A program made the translations under genes and the position numbers. Positions 53,888 through 55,924 of a stretch of 55,924 nt of DNA are shown here, piece by piece (the first letter of the stretch is position 1; each line of letters starts with the position of its first letter). The DNA is from a virus. Its lineage: Duplodnaviria > Caudoviricetes. The stretch covers positions 1-55,924 of IMG/VR virus record IMGVR_UViG_3300037311_000518; one strand, 5' to 3'. A model generated the notes under the pieces. It worked only from the letters and a program-made list of their open reading frames with translations. It did no database searches and was not told the origin of the DNA.

Positions 53888-54136
53888 ATGGCCACAAAAG
53901 ACATCACCGATTTGCAGGTTTGCCAAGCCGTCCGGGCTGGCATGGATCATCCCGGTCCGTACGATGGCAACCATCACCGCCACGTGATCTTAGCGGCCAT
54001 GACCGGCGAGCATCTGAAAGTGTGCTGGCGCGCATTGGAGCGCGCGCAAACACGCGACTTGATCGACTGCGGCGTCGGCTTGCATGTCGCGTACCTGACT
54101 GATGCAGGAAAGGCTTTACTTGGAGATGATGCATGA
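53888..54136 (+). CDS. hypothetical winged-helix-like protein
   Basis: SD GAGG; KDITD..VC...KVCWRA.ER...LTDAG. Confidence 0.55.
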   Translation: MATKDITDLQVCQAVRAGMDHPGPYDGNHHRHVILAAMTGEHLKVCWRALERAQTRDLIDCGVGLHVAYLTDAGKALLGDDA

Positions 54137-54289
54137 CGAAGTTCAATTCCATCCTTTGCGTGATCGGGATGGCATTGTCGGCCTCCGCGGTCATGATCTT
54201 TCTAGACCCGACCCCAATCATTCAAGGCGGCCTCATCGCTGTCGTGGTCATGCTGTCGGTCTATCTGGGACTGACGGCGAGGAGCTGAC

Positions 54290-54484
54290 ATGACCGTCAC
54301 CGAACTACGCGACGCACTGAACGCGTTGATTGAGCAGGGGCATGGGGATCTAATCGTCGCCATGGCATACCCGGTTTATGCCTTCACAGATCGAGAAGAC
54401 GACGAGATCAGCGAATTGAGGATCGTCGACGAGCCGGTGCGGGCATACCGGCCCATGGCGACGCCGTACGTGCGGATTATTTGA
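54290..54484 (+). CDS. hypothetical protein
   Basis: MTVTELRDAL..GHGD; SD GAGGAG. Confidence 0.5.
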   Translation: MTVTELRDALNALIEQGHGDLIVAMAYPVYAFTDREDDEISELRIVDEPVRAYRPMATPYVRII

Positions 54485-54509
54485 TCGAGTTGAACTACCC
54501 ATCCCAGCA

Positions 54510-54758
54510 ATGAACCCCGCCCTCGTACAAGAACCCGAATTGGCCGCCGTCACCGGATACTACACACCGGCCGGTGATCCTGACCGCGGGCAGATCAAAC
54601 GCTGCCTCAAGCGGATGGGTGTACGCTATTTTGAGGGCAAGGGAGGCCGGGTGTGGACGACGACGGACCTGATCAACAGGGCGGGCGGACTGGTGTCCGG
54701 CCAGCCGGCAGCGAACGACGACGACGCGATGGCGCCGTACGGTCCAGAATTCCTGTGA
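54510..54758 (+). CDS. putative excisionase (DUF4224-like)
   Basis: ELAAVTGY...RCL..MGVRYF.G.GG.VWTT.D.IN; directly upstream of the integrase. Confidence 0.65.
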   Translation: MNPALVQEPELAAVTGYYTPAGDPDRGQIKRCLKRMGVRYFEGKGGRVWTTTDLINRAGGLVSGQPAANDDDAMAPYGPEFL

Positions 54759-55924
54759 AGCGCACCGGCCCGAAGCGTCTGATCGATCCGACGATCCCGC
54801 GACACATCGATCAGTCGCAGATTCCGACTGGCGTGTATTGGGATCGCCGCCGATCGCGCTGGTATCAGCTCTACAAGAAGGACGACGGAGCACGCGGACG
54901 CCGGGACGGTCCTGACGCAACCGCGCGCATAGCCGATCTGCACGCATTCGCCGAAAAATTTGTGGACGATGAAGCCGGCACGATTCGTGCCGTGATGAAG
55001 TTGTTCCATGCGAGCGCGAAGTTCAGGGGTCTGGCGCAAGCGACGCGCAAGGGTTACGAGCAGTGCCGGCAGTGGATCATCGTGGAGACGACGGCCGACG
55101 GCGGATCGCTCGCCGATGCGACGATCGACCGGCTCACGCGCCAGCACATCCAGCGACGCATCGACAAGATTTCCGAGGCCACGCCATCGAAAGCGAATGC
55201 AATTCTTCGCTATCTGCGCCGGACACTACGCTGGGGCCAGAATCGCGGACACTGTCGGACGAACCCGGCCGAAGGCGTGGAACTTGCCGAGGAAAAGAAG
55301 AAGGCATCGATGCCGGAAAGCGATGCCGTGTTCATCGCCACCCTGACATTCGCCCAAGCCTGCGCGCGACTACCGGCGCACACCGAGGGCAGCGTACCGG
55401 CGTACCTGCCGCTCGTGATGGAACTGGCGTACCTGTGCCGCCTGCGCGGCGTCGAAGCGCTCGATCTTACCCTGGCCAGCGCCTGCGCGGACGGGTTGAC
55501 TGTCTCGCGAAGGAAGGGCTCGCGCTCGAACCTAGTCGAATGGAACCCGAGGCTGCGGGCGGTTTGGGATTCGGCCCTTGCCGAACGCGCGCGCACCCTG
55601 GCGCGAAAACAGGCACAGGGCGTGGTCGTACCGATCGAGATCGACCCGGGAAAGCGGCGAGTCTTCCTGGCAGAAAGTGGCGCGCCGCTCACGCGCAGCG
55701 GCCTTTCAAGCGCATGGCAGCGTTTCATGGCGATCGCCACAGATCCGGTGAAAGGCTGCATCACGCCAGAGCAACGATTCACATTGCACGGCGTCAAGCA
55801 CCGCGGGATCACGGATACGCCGGGCACGCGCGCCGAGAAACAAGACGCGGCCGGGCACGTCGACCCGCGGATGACCGAGCGCTACGATCACTCCGTCCCG
55901 CGCGTGAAACCGGCTCGGGAATGA
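54755..55924 (+). CDS. int: tyrosine recombinase (phage integrase)
   Basis: LCRLRGVE (R), RRKGS (K), FTLHGVKHRG (variant HxxR), AGH and RY catalytic motifs; no recognisable IntI-specific insertion. Confidence 0.92.
   Translation: MKRTGPKRLIDPTIPRHIDQSQIPTGVYWDRRRSRWYQLYKKDDGARGRRDGPDATARIADLHAFAEKFVDDEAGTIRAVMKLFHASAKFRGLAQATRKGYEQCRQWIIVETTADGGSLADATIDRLTRQHIQRRIDKISEATPSKANAILRYLRRTLRWGQNRGHCRTNPAEGVELAEEKKKASMPESDAVFIATLTFAQACARLPAHTEGSVPAYLPLVMELAYLCRLRGVEALDLTLASACADGLTVSRRKGSRSNLVEWNPRLRAVWDSALAERARTLARKQAQGVVVPIEIDPGKRRVFLAESGAPLTRSGLSSAWQRFMAIATDPVKGCITPEQRFTLHGVKHRGITDTPGTRAEKQDAAGHVDPRMTERYDHSVPRVKPARE

Larger units (their letters stand above)
1265..55924. mobile_element. Lambdoid (HK97-like head, siphovirus tail) temperate phage/prophage; att ends not identified
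   Basis: Ordered modules for tail, head, packaging, lysis, Q, replication, immunity switch, recombination and integrase. The left boundary is uncertain; 1-1264 may also belong to the element. Confidence 0.95.

Noticed and set aside
54755-55924. Phage integrase as the IntI for the attC cassettes
   Set aside because: It has a phage-type architecture with an upstream excisionase-like gene and an HGVKHRG motif; no IntI signature insertion is recognisable

Overview
This window is a near-complete lambdoid, HK97-like temperate siphophage or prophage with GC-rich sequence. The host is probably a Xanthomonadales-type proteobacterium, inferred from the attC style and a WWNP-motif moron. The minus strand (40.7 kb to 1.3 kb) carries cro, cII-like, replication initiator, DnaB, RusA and a Q-like antiterminator. 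After these come a structured non-coding region, a nucleotide-hydrolase cluster, lysis genes, HNH, terminases, protease, capsid, portal, head-tail connectors and tail genes. The plus strand (40.8 to 55.9 kb) carries the repressor, RecT/exonuclease/NinB/SSB, two DNA methyltransferases, an HD hydrolase, Lar-like proteins, an excisionase-like gene and a tyrosine integrase. Five observations stand out. (1) Two integron-type gene cassettes with canonical attC sites lie in the early region, with their ORFs inverted relative to attC and no IntI in the window. (2) A translationally coupled cassette of glycosyltransferase-like and methyltransferase genes sits inside the head-tail operon and is a candidate virion glycosylation system. 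(3) A putative -1 frameshift (C CCT TTG) fuses a small domain to the first enzyme of that cassette. (4) A 219-nt structured element with tRNA-like ends lies downstream of Q. (5) GUGA/GAGA-loop hairpins recur in the leaders of major structural genes. All product calls come from motif recognition and synteny; no database searches were run.
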